Source: Yuukianura sp. NJ FZ-2021 (Eukaryota). Taken from it: DNA of 64,000 bases. Positions 63,000-64,000 of this stretch are shown one piece after another. The stretch lies in the NCBI GenBank assembly GCA_046563655.1, contig CM102290.1, positions 5,766,001 through 5,830,000 of the forward strand, read 5' to 3'. The number at the start of each line of letters is the position of its first letter. Position 1 is the stretch's first letter. A program made the position numbers and the translations under genes. Under the pieces are notes generated by a model. It did no database searches. It saw only the letters and a program-made list of their open reading frames with translations, and had not been told where the DNA came from.

Positions 63000-64000
63000 C
63001 TGAAAAAAAAAATCAGTTTTTCTTGAAAATGCAAATTCACTTTTCAAAAAAGTTGTTCGGCACGCTTTCCAATTTCAGTTTTTGAAAAAGTTGTAAAAGT
63101 TGAAGTCCAAAGTCAACAAAAGCCCCCCGCCCGCCCGCACACAAACATTTGAGAAGGTAAACACCCGCCTCCGTTTGTATTGGAAGCTGCCACGAATAAT
63201 TGGATCCGGCACAAACTCCTCTCCGAAGAAAAAACTTTTACTTCCTTCCAGTTCAACTAATGACACAAACTTTTACATCCGCTCAATTCAAAACCACATT
63301 TTCAAAAAAAAAAGTGAAAAGAAACTCGTGTTTTCAAAATAAACTTCTAGAATGGCCCAACTTTTTTCTTCGTTTGTATTCCATTCACTCATTCTATTAA
63401 ATGTGTAGCCAAGAGTTCCGTTTTCTTAACTTTCCAACATGAAATATCCATTTCATTTTTTAAGTTGTGACTGACAAATTTTTTTTAAATTTTTTTTAGA
63501 TGATAAGCCTTCCGTTCAAGTTCAAAAAGTTCACTTCCCACCAAAAAAAATTTTTTTTTTCAAATGGCTTGATACGTCGTAAAAAATAAAAAGAAAAAAA
63601 TTTGACGAGAAAAAAGTTTCTCTTCCGAATTCAAAAAGTTGTGGGTCCGTTTAGAAATTTCCGATTTTTTTTTTGCTCATTGTACGTTTATAAGTTTCAC
63701 AATAAAATTTAAATGGTTTTAAAAAATATTTAAAAAAAAATTAAAAAAAAATTTTTTTTTGAAAAACAGAGTATGGAAAGTGTTTGTTTTGCACAAATGG
63801 GCCACTTGTTACAACTTTCTTTGCTCCGCGTGGTGAAAGTGTTTGTATAGAACGAGAGAAAGTTGGGTGAAAGCTGTGCACTTTCTCTCCTGATTTCATT
63901 AACTTTGAATTTAGTCCACAAAGTGATTAAGATTTCCTCTGACAACCAACAGCCAACACCCAAATTAAAATCTAGAAAATCCAAGGTTCCTAGAGCAATG

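Overview
Eukaryotic, intron-rich, AT-rich animal genomic DNA, most likely an arthropod (mesh and fat-like/kugelei orthologues, TTAGG-like tracts). Five protein-coding genes were assembled by hand with canonical GT-AG introns and continuous reading frames. In order they are SoxD (+, preceded by ~9.6 kb of non-coding DNA and with a 10-kb intron), a miniaturised Nup50-like gene (-), THOC2 (+, head-to-head with Nup50), mesh (-, with alternative transmembrane/tail exons) and the 3' part of a Fat1/kugelei-type cadherin (-, 5' end beyond the window). Introns carry MITEs (one nested), two families of tRNA-derived repeats, a 59-bp satellite present as two inverted arrays, and several minisatellites. 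Best leads: (1) a candidate box C/D snoRNA resembling SNORD100 in a THOC2 intron, overlapped by a perfect splice donor and followed by a stop-containing cryptic exon, a possible snoRNA-coupled unproductive-splicing switch; (2) two alternative TM+tail modules and a possible secreted isoform of Mesh, next to or overlapping the THOC2 3' end; (3) a phased triple ecdysone-response-element array and a paired Sox palindrome at SoxD; (4) patchy 'motif domains' that run across both introns and exons. All gene models are unverified by RNA data.
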